A DNA stretch of 64,000 nt, taken from NCBI GenBank assembly GCA_035633115.1, contig DASQFN010000031.1, positions 3,624-67,623 of the forward strand, in the 5' to 3' direction. The position numbers were made by a program, and so were the translations under genes. The DNA is from Gemmatimonadaceae bacterium (GTDB lineage: Bacteria; Gemmatimonadota; Gemmatimonadetes; Gemmatimonadales; Gemmatimonadaceae). Of the stretch, positions 46,431 to 56,809 are shown piece by piece (within the stretch, counting starts at the first letter, position 1; each line of letters opens with the position of its first letter). The notes beneath the pieces were generated by a model. That model worked only from the letters and a program-made list of their open reading frames with translations, had not been told where the DNA came from and searched no databases.

Positions 46431-47029
46431 TCATCTCCACTTCGAAAGTTCAGCCATTCGGCGGCGAGCAGACCGAGCAGTACCGAGTCCTGAGTTTCGC
46501 CGCCGACGTGATAGCGCTCGCGAAGATAACCCTCTTTGCGAAACCCCAGGCGCTCGAGTGTGCACAGCGAGGCGGCGTTCCGGGGATCGACGTCGGCTTC
46601 CAATCTATGAAGCGACAATGGTCCGAACGCAAAGTCTACCAGAATTGGGAGCATCTCGGCCATGAGACCCTTCCCCCACTCCGCTCGAGCGAGCGCAAAG
46701 CCGAGCTCGGCTCGGCGGTGGCCACGATCGAGACCAGCGAGCGTACACGTGCCGATAACGAGGTTGTCTTCACGACGCGCAAGTCCCCATTGAAACAATG
46801 ACCGCGTTTTGAAGCTACTCGTTATATGGTCGAGCAGCTTCGCCGCGTCCTCTTCCGTGGCCAACGCGGGATGACTCCAGTAGCGCGTCACCTCGGGGTC
46901 ACCGAATATCGAAAAGAGCGCCGGGATGTCGGCGCGTGTGAGCGCACGCAAGTGAAGATTCGATGCGACGAGCGTTGGCAGCTCCGACTGCTTGAGCTCA
47001 ATACCTTCAGTCACGTCACGACTCGACAC
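46427..47029 (-). CDS. GNAT (RimJ/RimL-like) N-acetyltransferase
   Basis: AELGFAL...WGKGLMAE...LHRLEADVDPRNAAS...LGFRKEG. Confidence 0.9.
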   Translation of the reverse strand: MSSRDVTEGIELKQSELPTLVASNLHLRALTRADIPALFSIFGDPEVTRYWSHPALATEEDAAKLLDHITSSFKTRSLFQWGLARREDNLVIGTCTLAGLDRGHRRAELGFALARAEWGKGLMAEMLPILVDFAFGPLSLHRLEADVDPRNAASLCTLERLGFRKEGYLRERYHVGGETQDSVLLGLLAAEWLNFRSGDD

Positions 47030-50000
47030 TAGAACCGTAGCGCTCCGCGCCTCCTCTCCTTCGGCCAGACTTCGTCCAGATTCTCATTGTACAGCACCCC
47101 GTTCTTCATCACCATCCCGACTCTCTCGGAATTGCGGATGCTCTCGAGAGGGTTCGCATCCAGCACCACCAGATCGGCGAGCTTACCTGGCTCGATCGAC
47201 CCGATCTGCGAGTCGAGGCCGAGGTAACGCGCGCCAGACATTGTCGCCGCGCGCAGAGCTTCCATCGCCGTCATCCCTCCCTGCTGCAGCATCCACAGCT
47301 CCCAGTGCGGCCCGAGTCCCTGTAGCTGACCATGCGCACCAAGCTGCACCTGGCCACCGGCGGCGAGAATCCTCTTTGCGGCCTTCGCCAGCTCGATGTG
47401 ATAAAACTCATCGTCCGGTATCAGCATCCGGCGCCGTGCACGAGCATCGAGTTGTCCGCGCGGCGTAAACCGGAGGAGACGCGCATTCCTGAACACGTCG
47501 TCCTTCTGATACCAGTAGTTCTCACCCCAGATGCCGCCGTAGCCGACAATAAGAGTGGGCGTGTACCCGGTCCCGCTCCGCGCCGCGAGAGTGATCCAAT
47601 CGGTGTTCAGCTCGGCTACCGGGATTGCATGCTCGATACCCGTGTGACCGTCCACGATCATCGAGCCGTTCATCGCCAGCGTCGAGCCGCCTTCGGGATA
47701 GACGTGCATCCGCTCTTCCCGTGCGGCCTGGATCACCCACTGGCGGGCGTCCCGCCGGAGCTGGTTGTAACTCTTCACACTGAAGCCGCCGAGCGCCTTG
47801 ATGCGCCGCAGATGTCCACGTGCGTCCTCGAGAGTGTTGATGAACGCTCGCTCCGGGTTCCGCGCCCCGTAGAGAACAAATCCGGTGGAAAGAATTCGCG
47901 GTCCGAGTACCTCTCCTGCGTCCACCAGCTCCTTGTTGCTGAAGACGAAATGCGTTGATGCGCTTGGGTCATGCGTCGTCGTCACGCCGTATGCGAGGTT
48001 TGCAGCGTATTGCCACGGGCGCTCTGGATTCACGTCGAGCGCCAGGTATCCCATGTGCGCGTGTACGTCGATCAGTCCCGGGATGATTGTTTTCCCACGG
48101 GAGTCGATGGTGCGTGCACCCGCGGGAACCTGTATCTGCGCCGAAGGGCCGACGGCCCGGATGCGGTCGTTCTCGATTATGACCGTTCCGTTCTCTATCA
48201 CCTCTTCGCCCTTCATCGTCACGATGCGCGCTCCGGTGAGTGCCACGACTCCGCTCGGACGACTGCGCGGGACCGTCAGCATCACCTCGAACACGTCACC
48301 TTTTACGACCGCGTTCGGCTTGGCGCGGGCGGCGGCCGCCGTATCAGCGCGCGCTCTCGCGACGCTGTCGGCCTGCTTCGCCGAATCCGGCTTCGCTGTC
48401 TCGCGTCTGAGCTCTTCGGCGAAAATTGAATCGAGCTGCTGGCGGTACACCGTTGGCCCGAGGCTCCAGGTTACGGCTTTGCTCCCGCTCGTCCACGCGA
48501 TCCAGTCTCCGCCCCAGCGGCTCAATTGCTTCACCGGCGTCGGCGAGCTCGCCGAGGTGATGGTCGAGGGAGCTCGGCCCACCTTCGGCAGGGGAGCGAC
48601 GTACATGTTGTGCGATTCCTTGAACGCCACGTAGCGTCCGTCGGGACTCGCTATCATTTCGTCGGCGACGTTATTCCGGGCGAGCTGACGTTCGTCCGTG
48701 CCGTCGAGCTTCACACTCGTGAGATACGTCGTGTCGCTCTTGGTCGACTGAAAAAGGATCCGCTCGCCGTCGGGACTCCATGACAGGCGCGGCATGCGGC
48801 GGTTGGCGCCGCGGTTGGCGGTGGTCATGATATCGCGCACCTGTCCGCCCTCGGCGCTCACCCAGCGAAGGCGTAGGAAGAATTCGCCGCTGAGATCGGC
48901 GCCGCGATTTACTTCATCGCTCCCCTCGACGAATGCAATCCGCCGTCCGTCGGGACTCCACGCCGGATTCGCGTATTGATCGGCGCGCGCCGTCAGGCGA
49001 GTCGGCGCCGCTCGCCGGCCCGCGCGCAGCGGCACCTTCCACACTGCGCCTCCGAGGCTGTCGCTCCACGATGTGAATGCGACCCACCTTCCGTCGGGGG
49101 AAATTGCGGGCGCGTATTCGAGCCGGTCTCCGTCGGTCACACGCTCGGGCCTTCCATTCGGCAGCGTCATGCTCCAGATGCGCCCCACTGCCTGAAACAA
49201 CATTGTTTTCCCGTCGGGCGAGATCGTCGGCCAGCGGATGACGCGCGCGCGGAAGGTATCTCCCGTTTCCAGACTTTGCGGGTAGTGCACGGTTCTGGTG
49301 ATGGGGAGCTGAACGCGCGCAGTGAACGGGATGTCGGTCGGATTTCCCGTTACGATGTCAATCGCCCTGATCTTTCCACCGGTTGCGACGACAATACGCT
49401 TCGAATCCGGCGTCCAGTCGAATCCGGGATAGGCGCCATGAAGAGTCCACGTCTCCATCTGATCGCGGTCAAGACCATCGAACAGAGCGCGCTCGCTGCC
49501 CGCGTCGAGGTTCCGCAGCATCAAAACCGATTTCGTCCCCATCCGTCTGACGAAGGCAAGCCATTTTCCGTCGGGTGATGGAGTTGGGCGCACTGCACCA
49601 CCCTCACCCGCTGTCACAGGTGACGTCGTCCCCTGTTCACGGTCGTAGCGGACGATCTGGAAGATTCCGGCGTGAACGTTCGGATTGTAGGCGAACGGGC
49701 CGGCCTGATCGAAGTAAACGTAACGGCCATCATGGGAGAACGCAGGCTCGTTCTTGTCGCTGGTAAATCCCTCGCGCGCGACGAGCGTCGCGCCCTTGCC
49801 GCCCATCGTGTGATACAGCCAGATCTCGCCGCCGCCGAGTGAGCGTTGATCGGTGACGTGGCGCTTGACGACGATGTAGTCGCCGTCGGGGCTCCAGTTC
49901 GGATTTGTGGGAAGCGTCTCCTTCTCCTTGGTGATTGCGCGCGGATTCTGTCCCGCGGGCCCAATCGCCCAGATGTTGTCTGCGCCGTCACGGTCGCTCA

Positions 50001-50325
50001 CGAACGCAATGGCGTTGCCGCTCGGGCTCCACCGCGGGATGTGATCCCACGCCGGACCGCCCGTGAGGCGCTCCGCCGCACCACCTGTGATTGCAACCTT
50101 ATAGATGTCCCCGAGCATGTCGAATGCGACCCACCGGCCGTCGGGACTCACGTCCACGCTCATCCATGTTCCCTCGCTCGTCTGGAAATCGAGCGTGCGA
50201 TCGAAGCCGAGGTTCTTTGCTACATCCCATTTGTCTTTGCTCTCAGTGGTCTGCTGCGCGTGGAGACTCGCGACTGATAGCGCGACGAGAGGAAGTGCGG
50301 CGAGCAGGAAAAGTGTGCGGCGCAT
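47029..50325 (-). CDS. Secreted amidohydrolase with N-terminal PD40 beta-propellers
   Basis: Signal peptide; many SPDG repeats; PGLIDVHAH, GIEH, GSIEPGKLAD. Confidence 0.9.
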   Translation of the reverse strand: MRRTLFLLAALPLVALSVASLHAQQTTESKDKWDVAKNLGFDRTLDFQTSEGTWMSVDVSPDGRWVAFDMLGDIYKVAITGGAAERLTGGPAWDHIPRWSPSGNAIAFVSDRDGADNIWAIGPAGQNPRAITKEKETLPTNPNWSPDGDYIVVKRHVTDQRSLGGGEIWLYHTMGGKGATLVAREGFTSDKNEPAFSHDGRYVYFDQAGPFAYNPNVHAGIFQIVRYDREQGTTSPVTAGEGGAVRPTPSPDGKWLAFVRRMGTKSVLMLRNLDAGSERALFDGLDRDQMETWTLHGAYPGFDWTPDSKRIVVATGGKIRAIDIVTGNPTDIPFTARVQLPITRTVHYPQSLETGDTFRARVIRWPTISPDGKTMLFQAVGRIWSMTLPNGRPERVTDGDRLEYAPAISPDGRWVAFTSWSDSLGGAVWKVPLRAGRRAAPTRLTARADQYANPAWSPDGRRIAFVEGSDEVNRGADLSGEFFLRLRWVSAEGGQVRDIMTTANRGANRRMPRLSWSPDGERILFQSTKSDTTYLTSVKLDGTDERQLARNNVADEMIASPDGRYVAFKESHNMYVAPLPKVGRAPSTITSASSPTPVKQLSRWGGDWIAWTSGSKAVTWSLGPTVYRQQLDSIFAEELRRETAKPDSAKQADSVARARADTAAAARAKPNAVVKGDVFEVMLTVPRSRPSGVVALTGARIVTMKGEEVIENGTVIIENDRIRAVGPSAQIQVPAGARTIDSRGKTIIPGLIDVHAHMGYLALDVNPERPWQYAANLAYGVTTTHDPSASTHFVFSNKELVDAGEVLGPRILSTGFVLYGARNPERAFINTLEDARGHLRRIKALGGFSVKSYNQLRRDARQWVIQAAREERMHVYPEGGSTLAMNGSMIVDGHTGIEHAIPVAELNTDWITLAARSGTGYTPTLIVGYGGIWGENYWYQKDDVFRNARLLRFTPRGQLDARARRRMLIPDDEFYHIELAKAAKRILAAGGQVQLGAHGQLQGLGPHWELWMLQQGGMTAMEALRAATMSGARYLGLDSQIGSIEPGKLADLVVLDANPLESIRNSERVGMVMKNGVLYNENLDEVWPKERRRGALRF

Positions 50326-50511
50326 GGATGGACTGTGGGTTTCGGGTTAAGCCCCGGCAGGCGGCATTGCGGGTCGTCCGAATTGTGCCGGTCGGCCCAT
50401 ACTTCTGCAACTCAATCAACGGCACAGTCTGGGGCACTATAAGGTGTCAACACAGGGTCAAACGAGAGAAACACGGGTCCGAGGGATGAGCAGACCAAGG
50501 CTGACGAGGCG

Positions 50512-50551
50512 GCAGGTGAGGTTTCAGCGAATCGCCTCGCGCCTCACCTGC
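50512..50551. terminator. GC-rich hairpin downstream of the metal-dependent hydrolase gene
   Basis: GCAGGTGAGG / CCTCACCTGC perfect 10-bp stem; no clear U-tract. Confidence 0.35.
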
Positions 50552-50653
50552 AAGCTGTGACCTTGAATTCCTGTGACCTCGGACCCGCGGTTCTCTCTCG
50601 GTAGGATTGCGGGCTTGGCGAGATATCAGCGAGGCGCCGAGCTATACCACAGG

Positions 50654-51577
50654 TCAATCGAGCTTCACCTCGACCGACGCCCCGTAGCGCGCATCGATGA
50701 TCTCAACCCTCGTTTCACTCAGGCCCCGCTCGATGCGGTAATACGGCAGCCGCGCCCAGTCGAGGAAGCGACGACCCGGGTCACTGAGCGCTGCTGCAAC
50801 CGCGGCGGGGTCGTTCGCATTCTTCTCGATCGTTACTTCGTCGAACGTCAGCCGCCGTGAAACGCCGGGCGCGAGTGACACCATTCCCCGCCAATAGCGC
50901 GCTCCATCGTCCGCGTAAACTCGCCATCGCACCGGATCGGCGGGAGACGCTGAGACCATCAGCGGCTGACTCAACCACCCGCTCCCGGCAAGATCGCGCC
51001 GAGCGATCCCCTCGGCGATCGCTTGCAATCCGAGCATCGTCATCACATAAGCGGATGTTACGCCGACTGCTACACGCGCCGGACGCCACGCATTTGGATG
51101 GCTCCTGCGCTCGCGGCGCCGCGACAGCCACACCCCGAGCCCGAGCACGAGAAGCAGCCACGGATCGATGATGAAAAGTGAATCACCATAGAACCAGCGG
51201 CCGTTGAAAGGCATCAGCCAGCGCATGCCGTACGAGTTCATCCAGTCGAGCGTCGGATGCGTGAGAATTGCTAGCCCTGAGAGGAGGAGTAGCTCTCGCG
51301 GCACGACCGGAGCACGCTCAACGCCTCTCGACCGCCGAGCGTACCTGTCCCACGCCACCATGATGGCGGTGAGCACGAACGGAAGCATGACGAGCGCAAG
51401 CACGCCGTGCGTCCAGCCGCGCCGAAACTCGGTCGCGCGACCGAACGGAAGCGACAGAATGTCGATATCCGGGAAATTCGCGCCGATCATGAGCGTCGCC
51501 GCGCCGAGTCCCGTTCGACGCTTGAGACCCGTCTGAGCAAGCGCCGCCCCGACGAGCGTGTGGCAGATGTTGTCCAA
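50654..51577 (-). CDS. YdjM-like membrane metal-dependent hydrolase
   Basis: (M)DNICHTLVG...ANFPDID...RRGWTHG...HPTLDWMNSYG...IIDP; TTG start inferred. Confidence 0.85.
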   Translation of the reverse strand: MDNICHTLVGAALAQTGLKRRTGLGAATLMIGANFPDIDILSLPFGRATEFRRGWTHGVLALVMLPFVLTAIMVAWDRYARRSRGVERAPVVPRELLLLSGLAILTHPTLDWMNSYGMRWLMPFNGRWFYGDSLFIIDPWLLLVLGLGVWLSRRRERRSHPNAWRPARVAVGVTSAYVMTMLGLQAIAEGIARRDLAGSGWLSQPLMVSASPADPVRWRVYADDGARYWRGMVSLAPGVSRRLTFDEVTIEKNANDPAAVAAALSDPGRRFLDWARLPYYRIERGLSETRVEIIDARYGASVEVKLD

Positions 51578-51591
51578 CTTCCGAGGCGCTC

Positions 51592-52566
51592 CTACTTCGG
51601 CAGAAATCGTTTCGGAAATTTCGCCACCACGGAGTACAGAGGATCGACGATGTTGGCGACGGTGCTCTCCCCCACCTGCCCGACGAGCGTGTACGCATCC
51701 CACTTGCCGAACCCGTACTGCTCGACCATCCACTCGATGAGCTCGACATGTGCGAGACGAAACGCATCGATGAGCGGCCGTGCGGACCCGACAACCATGA
51801 TGTAGTTCTCATCCTCGAGCCGCGGCCAGTCGATCGTCTTTCCCTTGATGAGGCTCAGCTCGAGCGTGACGTCCATCGACGTCTCGAGACCTGTGCCTGC
51901 GACCTCACCGTGGCCCTGCCGCGCGTGGGCGTCGCCGAAATAGAAGTACGCGCCGTCGTGAAAGATCGGGAGATAGACTGTCGTTCCCTCGCGCACCTCC
52001 GGCGCGTCCATGTTTCCGCCAAAATCACCGGGCCAGATTCCCTCGAATGCTTCCTGCCCCGCAGGCGCTACCGCAACTCTGCCGAGCATGGGTCGAAGAT
52101 CGATCTCGATTTGTTTTTGCCGGCTGTCGGGAAGCGTTGTCGTGGCCGTGTTCCGTTGCCGGTCGATCCGCCAGACATACCGCCGCGGTGGAATGGGATC
52201 GTTGAGAAATCGCACTCGGCTTTCGGTGGAAAGCCCACCGAAATCCGAATACAGCTGCGAGGCCGCCAGATCGTGATTCGGGCGGAGACGGCGAATCTTC
52301 ACGACGAGGATGTCCTTTGTCGTCGCGCCTTCGATGAAGATAGGGCCTACTTCCCCGGGGAAGGCGCCTCCTTTCTCCGTGTAGTACGGCCCGAAGTTCG
52401 TGTTGGATATGAGGACCGTGTTCGGCTTGATGCGGAGCACAGGCTCGCGTACGGCGAACGTCGGCTGTGCAACTGTGGGCTTGAATGTCACTGTATCCTG
52501 CGCCGCCACAGGCGTCCCCGGCGCGACCGCGAGTGCAACTGTTGCGACTATGACGTAGGTGCGCAT
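51592..52566 (-). CDS. Acetamidase/formamidase family protein, secreted
   Basis: GPIFIEGA, PMLG, GGNMD, FYFGDAHARQGHGEV.GTGLE. Confidence 0.9.
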   Translation of the reverse strand: MRTYVIVATVALAVAPGTPVAAQDTVTFKPTVAQPTFAVREPVLRIKPNTVLISNTNFGPYYTEKGGAFPGEVGPIFIEGATTKDILVVKIRRLRPNHDLAASQLYSDFGGLSTESRVRFLNDPIPPRRYVWRIDRQRNTATTTLPDSRQKQIEIDLRPMLGRVAVAPAGQEAFEGIWPGDFGGNMDAPEVREGTTVYLPIFHDGAYFYFGDAHARQGHGEVAGTGLETSMDVTLELSLIKGKTIDWPRLEDENYIMVVGSARPLIDAFRLAHVELIEWMVEQYGFGKWDAYTLVGQVGESTVANIVDPLYSVVAKFPKRFLPK

Positions 52567-52716
52567 TTGGATATCCGGTTGTGTGGCGGCCGAAGCCCAC
52601 GCTTAAGGCGGGCAGTTCAACAGGCGAGAGAAATCAAAGGCCGCGGGAGGAATTGCAACAGTGCGCTCGGGCGCCACTTTCGGCCGTCGCTCAAGAGTTA
52701 CGCGGTCGCACGCCAA

Positions 52717-53931
52717 ATGGCGTCGCGGGGCCTGCGGCTGGATGCACTGGAGCACGGGGAACGTGCTGTCATCCATGACAGCACGTTCGTGCTCGCGCAC
52801 TATCTCCTCGGCGACTTGCTCTGGTTCCTGGACAAGCAAGAGCATTCCGAGGCCCACATGACGAAGGCCTACGAGCTGAGTCGAACCGTTCCGCTCAGGG
52901 AGCAGCTCGCAATTCGGGCGCGCCACGAGCAGCTCGTCCGCGATCGTCCCGACAGCGCGCTCGCGTACTGGGACCTGTTCCGCGACGCTTCGCCGCGTGA
53001 CGCGCTCGCCTACGAGGGTCGGACCTGGGCCCTGCGCGCACTCGGGCGTCACGAAGAAGCCGCAGCGGCAGCTGATACAGCAATGCACCTCGACCCGGCC
53101 GCGGTGGTGCCGAACACTAACAACGCCATGTATTCGTGGCTGGCCGTGGGAGACACCGCGAACGCTCTCGCCGTGGCCGCGCGCGTGGCCGGCCGCAATC
53201 CTGGAGCGTCAGTCGAGGCGCGCTTCTACGCTGCTCTGCAGCGTCGCGACCTGGCAACTGCGCTCACGCTGGCAGACAGCTTATCGTTGATATCGTTGCG
53301 TGCGTCGCGGCGGCAATTGGCCCATCTGGCGCGAGGCGACATTGCCGGGGCCCGGGCTAATCTCGACTCACTGAGAGCTGACGACATGGCGCAGTTTCTA
53401 CCCCGCGCGCTCGTCAACGAAGGGTGGGTGGAGCTCGCGCTGGCTGGCGATCGCGACGCGAGCGGGCGCTACGCGCGGGAGGCTCTTGTCTGGTTGCGAC
53501 GGCGCGATCTCTCTCCGCCGGCGGTCGCGCGGCTTTCGGAGCGCATTGGAGACCTGGCCGCCCGCTCCGGGGACGAGAGAACGGTGCGCGCGGTTATCGA
53601 TCTCGTTCGGCAGCGGGATCGCGGGCGAGCGCTGCGCAGCTATGTGCTGGCTCAACGCACGCTGGATGCCGCTCTGGCTTACACGCGGGGCGACTTCGCG
53701 CTCGCCGCGCAGCGCGCCGCGGAGGCTCGACACGGTGTGTACTTCTGGCGCTCGCTCATCACGATCGTGCAGCTCGAGTCAGACGCCCGCATGGCAGCCG
53801 GCGAACGGACGGCTGCGGACTCACTGAATCGCCTCATCGCAGCGCACCAGATCGTCGATGGCGATTTCGAGACATGGTCCGTGCTGCGCGCGGCCCGCGC
53901 GAGTCGCCGGGGGTATACTATAGACCCGTGA
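52717..53931 (+). CDS. TPR-repeat protein, probably the N-terminally truncated tail of a kinase-TPR gene
   Basis: SLKSYAVARQ...ERAVIHDSTFVLAHY pattern begins ~52687, upstream of the first ATG; GTGA overlap with the next kinase. Confidence 0.6.
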   Translation: MASRGLRLDALEHGERAVIHDSTFVLAHYLLGDLLWFLDKQEHSEAHMTKAYELSRTVPLREQLAIRARHEQLVRDRPDSALAYWDLFRDASPRDALAYEGRTWALRALGRHEEAAAAADTAMHLDPAAVVPNTNNAMYSWLAVGDTANALAVAARVAGRNPGASVEARFYAALQRRDLATALTLADSLSLISLRASRRQLAHLARGDIAGARANLDSLRADDMAQFLPRALVNEGWVELALAGDRDASGRYAREALVWLRRRDLSPPAVARLSERIGDLAARSGDERTVRAVIDLVRQRDRGRALRSYVLAQRTLDAALAYTRGDFALAAQRAAEARHGVYFWRSLITIVQLESDARMAAGERTAADSLNRLIAAHQIVDGDFETWSVLRAARASRRGYTIDP

Positions 53932-56606
53932 CAACTCCTGTCGAGCAGCTCGCCAACGCGCTCAGCGACCGCTACCGAATCGAGCGCGAGCTTGGTCAAG
54001 GCGGGATGGCGACCGTCTACCTCGCCGAGGATGTGCGTCATCTTCGCAAGGTCGCGGTAAAAGTCGTGCACCCCGAGCTCACTGCGGTGCTCGGTGCCGA
54101 CCGGTTCCTCTCCGAGATTCACGTCACCGCGACGCTCCAGCATCCGCACATTCTGGCACTGTTCGATTCCGGCCAGGCAGAGGGGCAGCTGTTTTACGTC
54201 ATGCCGTTCATCGAGGGCGAGTCTCTTCGCGCCCGCCTCGATCGCGAGCGGCAGCTGCCAGTGGAAGATGCGGTGCGGCTGACGCGGGAAGTTGCGAGCG
54301 CGCTCGATTACGCACACCGGCACGGCGTCATTCACCGCGACATCAAGCCGGAGAACATCCTGCTTCACGACGGCCAGGCAATCGTCGCGGATTTCGGGAT
54401 TGCGCTGGCGGTCACGAAAGCAGGCGGCGGGCGCCTCACCCAGACCGGGCTCTCACTCGGCACACCGCAGTACATGAGTCCCGAGCAGGCAACCGGTGAG
54501 CGAACGATCGATGCGCGGACAGACATTTATTCGCTGGGCGCAGTGGCTTATGAGATGCTCACCGGTGAGCCACCGCACACGGGGAACACAGTGCAGGCGA
54601 TCATTGCACGCGTGTTGACGGAGCGACCACGGAACATTCGGGTCGGCCGACCAAACGTGCCCGAGCACGTGACGTGGGCTGTCGAGCGCGCATTGGAGAA
54701 GCTCCCCGCCGATCGGTGGGCGACTGCGCGCGAATTCTCAGACGCCATTGAAGGCAAAGCAGTCAGTTCCGCCACGAGGAGCGGCGCCCGAACATCGCCC
54801 ACGACCGACACATCATCTCGTGTCGGCTGGAAATGGCGGCTGAGGGATCCACTTATACTCGGCCTCGCAACACTGGCTCTCGCTGGAACCGCATTTGGCG
54901 TTGGTATGTGGGCCACGGGGCGTGCTCCGGCGGACCAGACCACCGTAAAGTTTCCACTCACGCTGCCGGGCGGCCCAAGCTATCTCCAGACAACGATACA
55001 ATCTCTGGCGATGTCACCTGACGGGAGCCTCATCGCATTCATTGGGCGGGGCTCCCGCGGCGAGCAGCAGATCTATGCGAGATCGCTCAATGACCCTGTA
55101 GCTCGGCCGTTGCCGGGCACCGAGGGTGCATTCACGGTCTTCTTTTCGCCCGACGGCAAATGGCTCGGGTTTGTTGCCGGCGGCCGTTTGCGAAAGGTCG
55201 CCATCGATGGCGGGACGGCGCTCTCCGTGGCAGCGATGCCCGGCCTTTACGGTGGTGCAGCCTGGAGCGGTCACGGGGAATTCATATACTCGATGGTGAG
55301 TGGCGGCCTGCTGGCTTTCCCGGAGAACGGCGGCGCGTCACGTAAGATCTGCCGCGCTCCATCGCGCCCCGGAACGCTGATAGAAGCTCTTCCACTGGCG
55401 TTGCCGGATGGGGAGACCGTGCTCTTTACCAGCTTCACAAGCCAGAACAACGCTACTGCGAGACTGGGGGCCGCATCGCTCAAAACGGGAAAATGTACTC
55501 TTCTCGACGTGCCCGGAATCCACGCGCTCGGCGTCGCCGACGGACTGCTGATCTACGCGACGGCTGAAGGAACGGTGATGGCGGTACCCTATGACGCGTC
55601 GAGCAAGCGTATCACGGGAACATCGACACCCGTGCTCTCTGATGTCGAGGTCAATCAGACGACCGGTTCTGCGCAAGCTGCTCTCTCGACGACCGGCTCA
55701 CTCGTATATGCGAGTGGACTCGCTCCGGTCTCGGTCGTCCTTGCTGATCATCGCGGTACGATTCAGCCTCTTGTAGCGGAAGCCCGAGCCTACGCATACC
55801 CGCGGTTTTCCCCAGACGGACGAAAGATCGCACTGACGATCGCGTCGCCCGGCCAGCGGGATATCTGGGTGTATGATATTCCGAGCGGAACATCGACGAG
55901 ACTTACTGCCGCAGATGACGGGTCCGTCAACGAGCGGCCCGAGTGGACGCCTGACGGAAAGCGGGTATTGTATCGCACATCGAAAGAAAAAAGGGCATCC
56001 ATCTGGTGGCGGCCGGCTGATCTGAGTGAGCGCGAAGCGCCGCTTCTCTCGAGCGACCGCGAAGATTACTTCGAAGCTGTCATGACCCCTGACGCCGGGG
56101 GAATCGTTTATCAGCTCGATACGGCCGGCGCCGACGTCATGTATCGACAACTCGCCGGCGATACGCTGCCCAGGCCGATCGCGAACAGCCCCGGCATCGA
56201 GAGCATGGGGCGCGTGTCTCCGGACGGCCGGTGGGTTGCCTACGTTTCGGAGGAATCAGGGCGCGACCAGGTCATCGTGCAGCCTTTTCCTACGGGCGCT
56301 CGGACTCAGGTATCGATCGGCGGCGGCAGAGAGCCGGTATGGTCACGCGACGGCCGCCGTCTTTTTTACAGAGACGACCAGCATTTCGTGGCCGCGAACG
56401 TGAGTACCGCTCCATCGTTCTCGGTTACGTCGCGCGAGTCGTTGTTCGAGGACAGTTTTCTGCGCGCTCCGTTCCATGCGAACTACGACGTCTCGCTCGA
56501 CGGCTCGAAGCTGTTGCTGCTCAAGCCCACGCAGGAAGCGCAGGTGATGGTGGTTCACAACTGGCTCGCCGAGGTTCGGGCAAAGCTCAGCAAACAACAG
56601 AAGTAA
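53928..56606 (+). CDS. Ser/Thr protein kinase with TM and PD40/TolB-like beta-propeller
   Basis: GQGGMATV, VAVK, HRDIKPEN, DFG; SPDG repeats; C-terminal VVHNW; GTG start 53928. Confidence 0.95.
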   Translation: MTTPVEQLANALSDRYRIERELGQGGMATVYLAEDVRHLRKVAVKVVHPELTAVLGADRFLSEIHVTATLQHPHILALFDSGQAEGQLFYVMPFIEGESLRARLDRERQLPVEDAVRLTREVASALDYAHRHGVIHRDIKPENILLHDGQAIVADFGIALAVTKAGGGRLTQTGLSLGTPQYMSPEQATGERTIDARTDIYSLGAVAYEMLTGEPPHTGNTVQAIIARVLTERPRNIRVGRPNVPEHVTWAVERALEKLPADRWATAREFSDAIEGKAVSSATRSGARTSPTTDTSSRVGWKWRLRDPLILGLATLALAGTAFGVGMWATGRAPADQTTVKFPLTLPGGPSYLQTTIQSLAMSPDGSLIAFIGRGSRGEQQIYARSLNDPVARPLPGTEGAFTVFFSPDGKWLGFVAGGRLRKVAIDGGTALSVAAMPGLYGGAAWSGHGEFIYSMVSGGLLAFPENGGASRKICRAPSRPGTLIEALPLALPDGETVLFTSFTSQNNATARLGAASLKTGKCTLLDVPGIHALGVADGLLIYATAEGTVMAVPYDASSKRITGTSTPVLSDVEVNQTTGSAQAALSTTGSLVYASGLAPVSVVLADHRGTIQPLVAEARAYAYPRFSPDGRKIALTIASPGQRDIWVYDIPSGTSTRLTAADDGSVNERPEWTPDGKRVLYRTSKEKRASIWWRPADLSEREAPLLSSDREDYFEAVMTPDAGGIVYQLDTAGADVMYRQLAGDTLPRPIANSPGIESMGRVSPDGRWVAYVSEESGRDQVIVQPFPTGARTQVSIGGGREPVWSRDGRRLFYRDDQHFVAANVSTAPSFSVTSRESLFEDSFLRAPFHANYDVSLDGSKLLLLKPTQEAQVMVVHNWLAEVRAKLSKQQK

Positions 56607-56809
56607 AGGGAGGAGGGCCGCCCGCGACGGGGACGCGCCACCACGCGCCCCGCCACGGTGGTACTGCATTGCCCTGGTGTCATCATAGGGTGAGGACGGG
56701 AGCGTGCCAGTCGCCGCGCGGCGGAAGACGTTTTTTACGCGGTGAACGGCCGGAGAAGGACGCGGAAACGCCAAACGCCCGTTCTCCGTAACGTGGTTTC
56801 CTGTCTCTT

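Noticed and set aside
51748-52716. 727-aa ORF 51748..53931 as one protein
   Set aside because: The first ~310 codons are the antisense shadow of the acetamidase gene; only the TPR part is credible.
53424-53927. N-terminal extension of the 1060-aa kinase ORF
   Set aside because: Arg/Ala-rich alternate frame over the TPR gene; kinase homology starts at GTG 53928. The same applies to the long 5' extensions of ORFs 17778..19400, 37434..39194, 44101..46440, 57383..59035 and 60493..62088.
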